A stretch of 64,000 nucleotides of DNA from the NCBI GenBank assembly GCA_017472015.1, contig JAFURC010000046.1, positions 23,315-87,314 on the forward strand. Reading direction: 5' to 3'. A program made the translations under genes and the position numbers. This DNA is from Bacilli bacterium (GTDB lineage Bacteria > Bacillota_I > Bacilli_A > RF39 > UBA660). The number at the start of each line of letters is the position of its first letter. The stretch's first letter is position 1. Below, in pieces: positions 12,788 through 22,138 of the stretch. The notes below the pieces were generated by a model that saw only the letters and a list, made by a program, of their open reading frames with translations, searched no databases and was not told where the DNA came from.

Positions 12788-14470
12788 ATGCAAAAAACGA
12801 AGCAAACTCGTTTTGTTATTTTAGGCGGACTTGGAGAAATCGGTAAAAACATGTATGCCCTTGAACATGATGATGAAATTATTATTATTGATGCAGGGAT
12901 TTCTTTTGCGGAACTTACGATGTTAGGTATTGATTATACTATTCCTGATTATACTTATTTAAAAGAAAATGAAAGTAAGATTAAAGCTTTATTTATAACT
13001 CATGGACATGAAGATCATATAGGAGCAATTCCTTTTTTACTTGGAACTATTGATATTAAAAATATCTATGCTCCAAATCAAGCATGTGAACTTATTAAAA
13101 TGAAATTACTTGATAAAAATATTCGTTTTGATAATTTATTTAGTTACAAATCAGATGATATTATTAAATTTAAATATTTTGAAGTTGATTTCTTTAGAAC
13201 AACCCACTCTGTTCCAGATTCTCATGGAATAAGAGTTAAAACTCCAAATGGTACAATTGTTACAACTGGGGACTTTAAATTTGATTTTACCCCAATTGGA
13301 CCAATTTCTGATTTACATAAAATGGCAAGAATTGGGGAAGAAGGAGTTGACTTATTATTAAGTGATTCAACTAATGCTTTAAATGAAGGCATATCAACAA
13401 GTGAATCAATGGTTGATGCTACTTTAAATGATATATTTGATACTGAAACTAATAGTAGAATTATCATTGCAACATTTGCATCGAATATATATAGATTAAA
13501 ACATATAGTTGAAACGTGTTATAAACATAAAAGAAAAATTTGTATCTTTGGTCGCAGTATGGAATCAAATATAGAAATTTCTATTAAAGGAGGATATATC
13601 AATCACAAAGAATTATTTATATCTCCTGAAGAAGCCAATACTTTAAAGCCAAAAGAACTTTGTATTTTATCAACTGGTAGTCAAGGAGAACCTCTAGCAG
13701 CCCTATCAAGAATTGCTGATCTTGAACATAAACATATTAAATTAAGACCAGATGATGTTGTTGTATTTTCATCTAGTCCAATTCCAGGAAACGCCCTTGG
13801 TATTTCAAGAATTATTAATAAATTATATTTACAAGGTGTTAAAGTTTATACAAATACAAATATCTCGAATATCCATACATCAGGTCATGCTAATAAAGAA
13901 GAATTAAAACTTATGATAAGACTTTTGATGCCTAAATATATGTTACCTTTTCATGGTGAGTATAGAATGTTAAAAAGTCATGGTGATCTTGCTAACATGT
14001 GTGGGGTTAAAAAAGAAAATATTTTCATTTTAGATAATGGTGATTCTCTAATTCTTGATAATCATAAAATAACCATCGGTGAAAAAATAAAAATGGATGA
14101 AGTCTACATTGATGGAAATAGTGCTTCAGAAGTTGCAACTCAAGTTTTAAGAGATAGAAAAATCATGGCCAGTGATGGAATACTTGTAATTGTATCTAAT
14201 ATTGATATGAAAAACAAGAAACTTCTAAGCAAGCCATCTATTGTAACAAGAGGATTTATCCAAGTAAATGAAAACGAAGAATTAATTAAAATGTTAGAGA
14301 TTAAATCAAGTTTATTAATTACAAATAAACTTAAAGAACAAACTAATTTTCAAGATATAAAAAGTTTTTTACAAACAAATATAAGTGCTTATATTATGGA
14401 ACTAACCGGTAGAAAACCTATTATCTTACCAATTATATTGGATATTAAAAGACCTAGTTCAAATGACTAA
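12788..14470 (+). CDS. rnj: Ribonuclease J
   Basis: Metallo-beta-lactamase HGHEDHIGAIPFL plus a beta-CASP layout. 560 aa. Confidence 0.92.
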   Translation: MQKTKQTRFVILGGLGEIGKNMYALEHDDEIIIIDAGISFAELTMLGIDYTIPDYTYLKENESKIKALFITHGHEDHIGAIPFLLGTIDIKNIYAPNQACELIKMKLLDKNIRFDNLFSYKSDDIIKFKYFEVDFFRTTHSVPDSHGIRVKTPNGTIVTTGDFKFDFTPIGPISDLHKMARIGEEGVDLLLSDSTNALNEGISTSESMVDATLNDIFDTETNSRIIIATFASNIYRLKHIVETCYKHKRKICIFGRSMESNIEISIKGGYINHKELFISPEEANTLKPKELCILSTGSQGEPLAALSRIADLEHKHIKLRPDDVVVFSSSPIPGNALGISRIINKLYLQGVKVYTNTNISNIHTSGHANKEELKLMIRLLMPKYMLPFHGEYRMLKSHGDLANMCGVKKENIFILDNGDSLILDNHKITIGEKIKMDEVYIDGNSASEVATQVLRDRKIMASDGILVIVSNIDMKNKKLLSKPSIVTRGFIQVNENEELIKMLEIKSSLLITNKLKEQTNFQDIKSFLQTNISAYIMELTGRKPIILPIILDIKRPSSND

Positions 14471-14487
14471 GTCTTTTTTGTTATTAT

Positions 14488-15093
14488 TTATTCATATACT
14501 GTTTCAGGATGATCAAATTTCTTTCTGGTTTTCATTCTAAAACATCTACTACATGCAACCGTATAAGTTACTTTCCCTTCTCCATCAATTGCAACACTCT
14601 CACCTTCTGTTGTAACTTTTCCATTTACAAGTCTTACATTAAACATGGCTTTTTTACCACAATCACAAATCGTTTTAATTTCCGTTAATTCATGAGCAAT
14701 ATCTAAAAGTCTTCTGGCACCCGGAAAACTATTTCCTTTAAAATCTGTTCTTAAACCATAACACATAACTGGAATATCCAAGTCTATTACAATATCCATT
14801 AATTGATTAACTTGTCTAGTTGTTAAAAATTGGGCTTCATCGACTAATATTAAGTCGACATGTCCATATTCATTGATTATAGAATCAAAAATGTTTTCAT
14901 TCTTTTCAATTAAATAATCAACTTTTCTAGTTGCTCCAATCCTTGATACTATTTTATCTGCACCCTTTGTATCAGTTTTCGGTTTCATGATAATTGGACG
15001 CATCCCTTTTTCTTCGTAATTATAAGCACATTGTAAAATTCTTGTTGTTTTACCTGAATTCATTGCTCCATAAAAAAAATATAACTTTGCCAC
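14488..15093 (-). CDS. tdk: Thymidine kinase
   Basis: (M)AKLYFFYGAMNSGKTT P-loop at the N-terminus, C-terminal Cys pairs (CDCGKK.., CSRC). The track ORF starts at TTG 15138. GTG at 15093, preceded by ggtga, matches the usual MAKLYF start. Confidence 0.88.
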   Translation of the reverse strand: MAKLYFFYGAMNSGKTTRILQCAYNYEEKGMRPIIMKPKTDTKGADKIVSRIGATRKVDYLIEKNENIFDSIINEYGHVDLILVDEAQFLTTRQVNQLMDIVIDLDIPVMCYGLRTDFKGNSFPGARRLLDIAHELTEIKTICDCGKKAMFNVRLVNGKVTTEGESVAIDGEGKVTYTVACSRCFRMKTRKKFDHPETVYE

Positions 15094-15144
15094 ATATATC
15101 ACCATACTAAGCATAGCAAACGTTATATTTTTAAACAATAATTT

Positions 15145-16419
15145 TTACATAATTTGACTTTTTTTAGGCATCATGAGAAGTGCTACCATCATACTAAATA
15201 TCCCAAAAAAGAAAACTCCTATTCCAATATACATTTCATATTCTTTGAAGAAATTATTTTCTTGATTTTTATCTTCATTATTTTGATTAGTAACATCTGA
15301 TTCTATTTCCTCTTTGATAACTTTAAAATTATAAATTAAAACTTCTTCTCCTTCTTTAATTTCTATTTGAACCAAACTATTATTACTTAAAGATTCATTA
15401 TTTAAAATATTTGAAGTTACCGTTTCTTTATTTAAAGTTATTTTAAAATCTAAAGTATCTAAATTAGTTTCTATTTCATAATCAAATACTTCTGGATTAA
15501 AATCAAATTCAACTCCTGTTATTTCTATATCTTTAACTAAATATTCTTTTTCAAGTCTTGTAATATTTAATTTATAAGTTTTTGTTGTACCATCTTCAGC
15601 AGTTACTAAAAGATTAACTTCGTTTAAACCAACATTTAAATTAACTACCCGATCATAATCAATTGTTGCTTTTTCATAATTTGTTAAAGCATTTATATTA
15701 ATTTTATCAACTGAATTATCACAATTTAAATTATATTCAGTTATATTTGGACTAAATTTAAAATTAATTTCATTTATTTTTAAACTTTTTAAAGTATTAT
15801 CAGGACTTTTATAATTTTCTTTTCTAATAGTTATGACATATGTTTTAATACTTTCATTTTCGGCTTTAACTTTCACTTCAATTTTCGTTATTTCACCACT
15901 TAAAGTTATTTTATTACTTCCAACTCTTTCTCCATATCCATTTAAAAATTCGGCTTTTTCATGATTTTTAACAGCGGTTAATTCAACACTTTTTAAACTA
16001 TTATCAACTAATACTTCATATTCCAAACTATCAGTTAAATTAACTTTTTTAGAAGCAACTGTTAAACTTCTTAAAGAATTATCATTGCTTCTTCCATCTT
16101 CCCTTGTTATATTCAAATTATATGTAATTGTTTTTTCATTATCCATACTTGTTAAAGTAAAACTTAATTTATTAAGTCCATAATTAAGTTTAACTTCTCC
16201 AGTATTACCTTTTCCTTTATATAAATTTTTGTCATAATCATAGGCTAAATTAAGACTTTCTTTAGTACTTTCATATTTCAAATCATAAGTAGTTTTTAAA
16301 GTTTCAAAATCTTTTAAACTAACTCCATCAATTAAAATATTTTTTAAATAAACTTCATCTGCTTTAGTATTTAAAAAAGTTAAGAAAAATAAAAACACAA
16401 ATAATAATATTTTTTTCAT
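15145..16419 (-). CDS. Surface protein with repeated cadherin-like beta-sandwich domains
   Basis: N-terminal signal peptide. Four repeats of the pattern N.L.SL.v...l.F.P....Y.L.v (e.g. LKSLKINEINFKFSPNITEYNLN). C-terminal TM anchor. Confidence 0.6.
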   Translation of the reverse strand: MKKILLFVFLFFLTFLNTKADEVYLKNILIDGVSLKDFETLKTTYDLKYESTKESLNLAYDYDKNLYKGKGNTGEVKLNYGLNKLSFTLTSMDNEKTITYNLNITREDGRSNDNSLRSLTVASKKVNLTDSLEYEVLVDNSLKSVELTAVKNHEKAEFLNGYGERVGSNKITLSGEITKIEVKVKAENESIKTYVITIRKENYKSPDNTLKSLKINEINFKFSPNITEYNLNCDNSVDKININALTNYEKATIDYDRVVNLNVGLNEVNLLVTAEDGTTKTYKLNITRLEKEYLVKDIEITGVEFDFNPEVFDYEIETNLDTLDFKITLNKETVTSNILNNESLSNNSLVQIEIKEGEEVLIYNFKVIKEEIESDVTNQNNEDKNQENNFFKEYEMYIGIGVFFFGIFSMMVALLMMPKKSQIM

Positions 16420-16470
16420 AAATCCCTCTATTCTTAACTAAATAATATCATAAAAATTAAAAAAAATCTA

Positions 16471-17757
16471 CTAAAATAGATCTTTTTCTTCCTTTGGTAA
16501 TACCATTACTAAACTTTGATTAGATAAATCTAATTCTTTTAAGAATTTATTTAATTTCTTAATATTTAATTCTTTAATTATATCAATTCGATTATCATAT
16601 ACTTTATCATATAATATTAAATCACTATAAATATTATCAACCGTTGCTTCAACATTATCAATCATTCGAATTTCACTAGCAATCCAAACTTTTTTAATAC
16701 GTTCCAACTCATCTTTTTTTATTTTAATATTTTTTAAATTATCTTTTACTTCATCTATAAACATATCTGCTTTATCACTTTCAGCAGTTATATCTAAAGT
16801 TAGAAAATTATCATAATTATTTTTTTCAACATAAAAACCCGTTGTTAAAGCTTCGTTTAGAACTTTTTCTTTAAAATCTGAAGTACTTCCAAATAAACTA
16901 GAAATAACTACTCCCATATACATATTAATTTCAATACTAGAGAAGTTCTTAAAATTATTTGTATTTATTTTCATACTATAACGAACTTTAGGTACCTTAA
17001 CATTCATATATAATTTAGTAAATTCTTCAGATACATCACTAGGTTCTTTATATTTTTTTCTTTTTATCTCATTGTTCTTTTTTATACTATTTAATTTCTC
17101 ATGATTTTTAATTAGTTTTTCAAGTTCTTCGGGATCAATATTACCACCTATTATTAAAAACATATTACTTGGATTATAAAATGTATTATAGGCATTATAC
17201 AGATCTTCCTTGGTTATATTTTCAATTGAAGAAATTGTACCAGCTATTTTTTCACGAACTGGTAATTCATAGAATAAGTTCTTTCGCATATTATCATCAA
17301 GTGCCCATTCAGGATCATCTTCATACATTAATATTTCTTCTTTAATAATTCCTTTTTCTTTTAAAACATTTTTATCTGTAAAATATGGTGAATAAACAAA
17401 ATCTAATAAATAATTTATGTTTTTATAAATATCATTGATTCCCCAGATATAATATCTAGTATTGTTAAATGTAGTTGAAGCATTTGTATTTACGCCACTT
17501 TTTGAAAAGAACTTAAAGGGATCTATTCCATCTTCTTGTTCAAACATCTTGTGTTCTAAAAAGTGAGCTGTTCCAAATGGAGTTTTTATATTTTGATTAT
17601 CAATATTAAATTCAATATCATTTGATCCATATTTAGTTCCTAAAACAGCATAATAGTTCTTTTTATCTTTAAAAGGTATTAAATAAACTCTTAAACCATT
17701 TTCTAAAGTAAATGAATACATATCTTGATCTAAGTTATTAAAATTAGTTTTTTCCAT
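16471..17757 (-). CDS. M16 family (insulinase-like) zinc peptidase, catalytic subunit
   Basis: HxxEH motif HFLEHKMF. 428 aa. Overlaps the partner gene. Confidence 0.8.
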   Translation of the reverse strand: MEKTNFNNLDQDMYSFTLENGLRVYLIPFKDKKNYYAVLGTKYGSNDIEFNIDNQNIKTPFGTAHFLEHKMFEQEDGIDPFKFFSKSGVNTNASTTFNNTRYYIWGINDIYKNINYLLDFVYSPYFTDKNVLKEKGIIKEEILMYEDDPEWALDDNMRKNLFYELPVREKIAGTISSIENITKEDLYNAYNTFYNPSNMFLIIGGNIDPEELEKLIKNHEKLNSIKKNNEIKRKKYKEPSDVSEEFTKLYMNVKVPKVRYSMKINTNNFKNFSSIEINMYMGVVISSLFGSTSDFKEKVLNEALTTGFYVEKNNYDNFLTLDITAESDKADMFIDEVKDNLKNIKIKKDELERIKKVWIASEIRMIDNVEATVDNIYSDLILYDKVYDNRIDIIKELNIKKLNKFLKELDLSNQSLVMVLPKEEKDLF

Positions 17758-19021
17758 TATTATCCCCCTTTAGTAAATAAACTGTATCAATTGATACTTT
17801 CTTACTAATATTTTTTATATCATCTAAACTAACTTCTAAAACCCTTTTTTTTCTTGTTTCATAATTATCTAAATCTAATAAATTAAGTGCTATATAATTT
17901 TCAACTATACTTTCTTCACTATCATATGTTTCTTCTAAAATACTTAAGTATTCAACTTTAACATTTTCCAGTTCTTCTTCTGTTACACTTCCTAAACTAA
18001 TATTTTTCATAATCTTTTTAATACTAGAAATCACTTTATCAAAATTTTGATAACTAATACCTGATTGAATTATTAGTATATTATCGGCTTTATTAACAGC
18101 TGAATTTATGTAATATGCAAGGGATTTCTTCTCTCTTATTTCTTGCATAAATTTAGAATTAAATCCTCCACCTAAAATCATATTATATAAGTTAATTACA
18201 TATTTTCTTTCAAATTCTGATAACTCCCCTATCTTACAACCTATTGCTAATTTAGATTGATTAAAATTAGAATTTTCAACAATAGTTTTACTTCGTTTAT
18301 TTATTTTTTTATGAGTTATATAAATATTTTCTTTTTCTTTTTTTAAAGTTTTAAAATCTAATTTTTCTTTAACTAATTTAATTACTTCATCTTCTTTGAA
18401 ATCTCCAATTACATATATATCTACATCACTTTTAGTTAGAAATTCTTTATAATACTTGTATAAATTTTCTTCAGTTATCATTTCTAAATCTTCTTTATAT
18501 CCATATCCATGATAACTATAGGAGTCACTTCCCATATTTTCTAACATTTTAATATTAGAGTACATTCTTGGATTTTCTTTAACAGTTTCAATTTCTGTTA
18601 AAATATCTTTTTTAATGATTTTAAATAGGTTACTATCAAACTTATTGTTTTTTTGATTAGGATTAAATATTATTTCATGCAATAAATCAATGCTTTCACT
18701 TAACATCCCGTCTTCTGTATACTTAGGATTTAAAAGAGACATATTAAATCTTGTAACTAAATAATTACCAATTCTTGTATTGTAACTTGAAATATAAAGA
18801 GAATAAAGTTCTTGAATTTTTAAAGCTAATTCTTTTCTTGTTTTGTATTTTTTAGTTGTTAAAACTAAGTAATCTGTTAAAAAATTTCTTTTTGTTATAT
18901 CTTCTTTTTTTATTTTGTCTTTTAATAAAATTTTAATATTAATTGATCTAAACTTTTTAGTTTGAATCAAATGCAGCTTTCCATATTTTAAATCAACACA
19001 TTTATAATTCATATCTACCAC
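17744..19021 (-). CDS. M16 family peptidase-like protein, probably the non-catalytic partner
   Basis: Same length and layout as the neighbour but without HxxEH. The pairing resembles Bacillus ymfF/ymfH. Confidence 0.7.
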   Translation of the reverse strand: MVDMNYKCVDLKYGKLHLIQTKKFRSINIKILLKDKIKKEDITKRNFLTDYLVLTTKKYKTRKELALKIQELYSLYISSYNTRIGNYLVTRFNMSLLNPKYTEDGMLSESIDLLHEIIFNPNQKNNKFDSNLFKIIKKDILTEIETVKENPRMYSNIKMLENMGSDSYSYHGYGYKEDLEMITEENLYKYYKEFLTKSDVDIYVIGDFKEDEVIKLVKEKLDFKTLKKEKENIYITHKKINKRSKTIVENSNFNQSKLAIGCKIGELSEFERKYVINLYNMILGGGFNSKFMQEIREKKSLAYYINSAVNKADNILIIQSGISYQNFDKVISSIKKIMKNISLGSVTEEELENVKVEYLSILEETYDSEESIVENYIALNLLDLDNYETRKKRVLEVSLDDIKNISKKVSIDTVYLLKGDNNGKN

Positions 19022-19090
19022 CCTTACTTATTATGTCATTTTTAAGAAAATATATTTATATTAGCCAGAAATTTAAAAAGTAATTGCTAA

Positions 19091-19288
19091 TCAATTACTT
19101 TTATCCTTACAATATCCTTCTCCTGCTTTTTCTCCTTTAACATACTCTTGATCAACAAGAGAACAAGAAGATTTTGTCATAGCATCTTTTAAATACCCAC
19201 CAAAAGCATTTACAATTCCAATTACAACTACTGAAATAAGTGCAATAATAAGAACATATTCAACAAGTGCTTGACCTTTTGAATTCAT
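19091..19288 (-). CDS. Flp/Fap-type (type IVb) pilin-like small protein
   Basis: MNSKGQALVEYVLIIALISVVVIG matches the Flp prepilin pattern G/xxxxEY followed by a hydrophobic helix. 65 aa. Confidence 0.55.
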   Translation of the reverse strand: MNSKGQALVEYVLIIALISVVVIGIVNAFGGYLKDAMTKSSCSLVDQEYVKGEKAGEGYCKDKSN

Positions 19289-19379
19289 AAAATCACCTTT
19301 TAACCCTTATATAATAGATAACAAATAACCTATAAATAAATTGTATCTTAGATATTAGAATTAGTCAAGATTTTTGAAG

Positions 19380-19577
19380 TTATTTCTTGACTTTTATCAA
19401 ACCTTCTGAAAGTTCTTCTAAAGATTTGCCAATATTTTTTTCAGATTTATATTTTCTAGTTGGTAATTGTAAAAAATTCGTATTATTGATTTGTCTGCTT
19501 CTTTTAGCAGCTATATGAACTAGTTCGTATTTTGAAGATACAATATTTAAAAGTTTATCTATTGATGGATAAATCAT
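19380..19577 (-). CDS. rpoZ: RNA polymerase omega subunit
   Basis: 65 aa. PSIDKLL..SKYELVHIAAKRSRQI resembles the RpoZ N-terminal helix. Confidence 0.75.
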   Translation of the reverse strand: MIYPSIDKLLNIVSSKYELVHIAAKRSRQINNTNFLQLPTRKYKSEKNIGKSLEELSEGLIKVKK

Positions 19578-19676
19578 TCTATCACTCTCCTATATTATAA
19601 GAATAATATTAAGAGAAAAAATATGCAAGTTAATTAAAAAAACTTTACAAATTGTTTACAAAAAAATATGTTAAGT

Positions 19677-20201
19677 TTAATTACTCTTAACATATCCGAT
19701 ATATGGTAAATTACGATATTTTTCATCATAATCAAGACCATATCCAATAACAAACAAATCATCGATTGTAAATCCTACATAGTCAGCATCAAACGAAACA
19801 ACCCGGCGAGCTTTCTTATCTAGTAAAACACAAGTTTTAACACTTTTTGGATTAAATTCTTTAATATATTCAGTTAAATATTTAAAAGTTCTTCCTGTAT
19901 CAACTATATCTTCAACTAAAATAATATTTTTCCCTTCAATATTTTCTTTCTTTAAAGGAATTTTTAAATTAATTTTCCCAGTTGAATTCTCTCCTTCATA
20001 ACTAGATACACGAACAAAATCAATTTTCGCATCTCCATCATATTTTTTCATTAAATCAACTGTAAAGAATATAGCTCCCTTTAAAACTGAACAAAAGATT
20101 ACTTCTTCATCTTTATAATCTCTTTTAATTTCTAAAGCCATTTCTTTAATTCTTTCTTGTAATTTTTCTTCGCTAAATAATATTTCTAAATTTTCTAACA
20201 T
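19677..20201 (-). CDS. hpt: Hypoxanthine phosphoribosyltransferase
   Basis: PRPP-binding motif ILVEDIVDTGRT. 174 aa. Confidence 0.9.
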   Translation of the reverse strand: MLENLEILFSEEKLQERIKEMALEIKRDYKDEEVIFCSVLKGAIFFTVDLMKKYDGDAKIDFVRVSSYEGENSTGKINLKIPLKKENIEGKNIILVEDIVDTGRTFKYLTEYIKEFNPKSVKTCVLLDKKARRVVSFDADYVGFTIDDLFVIGYGLDYDEKYRNLPYIGYVKSN

Positions 20202-20321
20202 ATAAACACTCCTAAAAAAATATAATCTAATTATAGCATTATTACTTATTAAAGTAAATTATTTTTTCTTTTTTTGACACATTAACCATAATTATAAATT
20301 AATTTATAGAAATTATTTATT

Positions 20322-20918
20322 TTATCTTTTAATTTTATTTAATAAGACACATTGTCTTAAAGAAATACTTCCTAATGAAAAATCTTTTTTAGTTTCTTCA
20401 AATAATCTTTCTATTTTAACCTTTCTATTATATAAAAATGGTTTATTTAAAATAATTTTAAAACTTTTATCTTTATATTTTTTACGACTAATATAATATG
20501 GATCAAATATATAAACCCATTTCTTTTTAATTTTAGTAATGATGACATAGTGTTCAACACTTTGATAACATCTTATTAAGATAACTCCATTGTTATCTAA
20601 ACATTTTTCCATTTTTTCAAGTCTAACTTCTTCTTTTTTTAATACTTGATAATATAAATTAAATTTCTTTGGATATTTATTTAGAACAAAAGTTAGTTTT
20701 TCAATTGCCTTTCTACTAGTTCCCCCTTTATAAGGATTTTTAAATTCATCACTTAAATCCATCGTATATAAATTAATCATTTTAATAATTTCTGGATTTA
20801 TTTCTTCAGTTGAAAATAAGTAATTAATAGCATTTAAAAAAGATGTAGTAGCACAATCAAATTCACTACTTTGATATTTTAAAGGTATTTTCATAGATAA
20901 CCACAATAATATTTTCAT
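20322..20918 (-). CDS. Hypothetical protein, possible papain-like (C39-like) cysteine peptidase
   Basis: YQSSEFDCATTSFLNAINY (Gln..Cys) and later EHYVIITKI..VYIFDP (His..Asp) fit a C39-type catalytic arrangement. The real start may be M9 (20894). Assigned by motif only. Confidence 0.4.
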   Translation of the reverse strand: MKILLWLSMKIPLKYQSSEFDCATTSFLNAINYLFSTEEINPEIIKMINLYTMDLSDEFKNPYKGGTSRKAIEKLTFVLNKYPKKFNLYYQVLKKEEVRLEKMEKCLDNNGVILIRCYQSVEHYVIITKIKKKWVYIFDPYYISRKKYKDKSFKIILNKPFLYNRKVKIERLFEETKKDFSLGSISLRQCVLLNKIKR

Positions 20919-20949
20919 TTTATTGTATTCTATTTAATTTCTTATGCTA

Positions 20950-20977
20950 AAAAAGATAGTCTAAGCTATCTAAAATT
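20950..20977 (-). terminator. Terminator hairpin after mazF; near-copy of the hairpin at 21691-21717
   Basis: aaaaagatagTctaAgctatctaaa: stem agatag/ctatct. On the minus strand it is followed by a T-run. Confidence 0.55.
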
Positions 20978-21019
20978 ACAATATAAATATAAACTATTAT
21001 TACATATTATTTTATAACC

Positions 21020-21361
21020 TTATTCTTCTATACAAGCATTTAATAATGTAATTATACTTAAAAAATCATTATCACTTAATTTTTCAACAAATTTCAAGTT
21101 TCTAATTTCATAGTCTATACTTCTTATATGTTCACATAAAACTGAACCTTTTATTTTTATAGTATCTTCTAAAGAATAATGTGTTGGAAATTCTTTATCA
21201 TTAGAGGTAATTGGACATACCATAACCATTTTGGTATTTTGATTAAAAACATTATTACTAACAACAACTGCCGGACTAAATCCAGTTTGTTCATGCCCCT
21301 TAATTGGATTAAAGTCTAAAAATACAATATCACCTTGTCTTGGAATATATTCTTCTACCAT
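21020..21361 (-). CDS. mazF: Type II toxin MazF/PemK (mRNA interferase)
   Basis: GDIVFLDFNPIKGHEQTGFSPAVVVSNNVFN..MVCPITS, the classic MazF pattern. Overlaps mazE by 7 nt. Confidence 0.88.
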   Translation of the reverse strand: MVEEYIPRQGDIVFLDFNPIKGHEQTGFSPAVVVSNNVFNQNTKMVMVCPITSNDKEFPTHYSLEDTIKIKGSVLCEHIRSIDYEIRNLKFVEKLSDNDFLSIITLLNACIEE

Positions 21362-21597
21362 AATTCCCTACCCCTATCTTCATCCCAAGAAAATTCTTTA
21401 GCCAAGTTACTTCCTTTATATTCCTGAAATTTTTCTTTTAAAGATATCTTTTTTTTCTTCGGAATACTGATAATTATCTTATCATTTTCTTGTTCGATAT
21501 TTAATATATCATTGGTTTTTAAATTTAAAGATTTTAAAATGCTACTAGGTATTCTAATTCCATCTGAGTTTCCCCATTTTTGCAGTCTTGCTTCCAT
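21355..21597 (-). CDS. mazE: Type II antitoxin MazE (AbrB/SpoVT fold)
   Basis: RLQKWGNSDGIRIPSSILKSLNL looped-hinge-helix motif. 80 aa. Confidence 0.85.
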   Translation of the reverse strand: MEARLQKWGNSDGIRIPSSILKSLNLKTNDILNIEQENDKIIISIPKKKKISLKEKFQEYKGSNLAKEFSWDEDRGRELW

Positions 21598-21690
21598 ATA
21601 ATCACCACCATCACCAAAAGTATATACAATGTTTATACTTTCATCAATTGTTTTCGCTTATTATTTTATCCTAAAAATTAAATTATATTT

Positions 21691-21717
21691 AAAAAGATAG
21701 CCTAGGCTATCTAAATT
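21691..21717 (-). terminator. Terminator hairpin after the CotD-like gene; near-copy of 20950-20977
   Basis: Perfect 18-nt palindrome agatagcctaggctatct overlapping the TAG stop (21707-21709), with a T-run on the minus strand. Confidence 0.6.
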
Positions 21718-22045
21718 GACAACATGAACCACATTGTTCTTGACTAACAACATTTTGTTCACAACATGAATATTCAGGTCTGTAGGTATGTCTAAATATA
21801 TGATGATTAACAACTCGTGTACGCATTGGACATACATGTGGTACTTCATGAACAAAGGTTCTATTTACAACACGTTCTTGCATTGGTTCATATAAAGGAC
21901 TGCTAATATTTCCTGGCATTTGACCCATATAATTCATACCTTGATTAAAATTATTTTGATCCATATCGATGTTGTTAGTCATATTATCAGCATAGAAATT
22001 ATTGTTTATATCGTTATCTCTATCATAACATCTTTCTTGAAACAT
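21707..22045 (-). CDS. CotD-like inner spore coat protein
   Basis: His/Cys-rich C-terminal half VHEVPHVCPMRTRVVNHHIFRHTYRPEYSCCEQ..CGSCCQ resembles the CotD family. Confidence 0.6.
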   Translation of the reverse strand: MFQERCYDRDNDINNNFYADNMTNNIDMDQNNFNQGMNYMGQMPGNISSPLYEPMQERVVNRTFVHEVPHVCPMRTRVVNHHIFRHTYRPEYSCCEQNVVSQEQCGSCCQFR

Positions 22046-22138
22046 AAAATATCCTCCTATCTACTTTATAGTATGAGGTGTATTTATCTTTGCTAAGTAT
22101 ATTTACCTAAAAATAAAATATAATTTATGGGAGGAATT

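Noticed and set aside
13222-13467. ORF 13222-13467(-); likewise 22623-22832(-), 27536-27724(+), 35563-35766(+), 38699-38956(-), 49860-50075(+), 50400-50636(+), 60513-60710(+), 61977-62246(+), 62259-62510(-)
   Set aside because: All lie fully inside, and antisense or out of frame to, longer genes with recognisable motifs (rnj, GT-TPR, lon, jetC, DUF3800, yqfD, the GT-like gene, rfbB). Treated as noise.
21661-21855. 64-aa ORF overlapping the CotD-like gene in another frame
   Set aside because: It sits on the same strand as the 112-aa ORF, which has the His/Cys-rich CotD-like pattern, and overlaps it. The shorter frame has no features.
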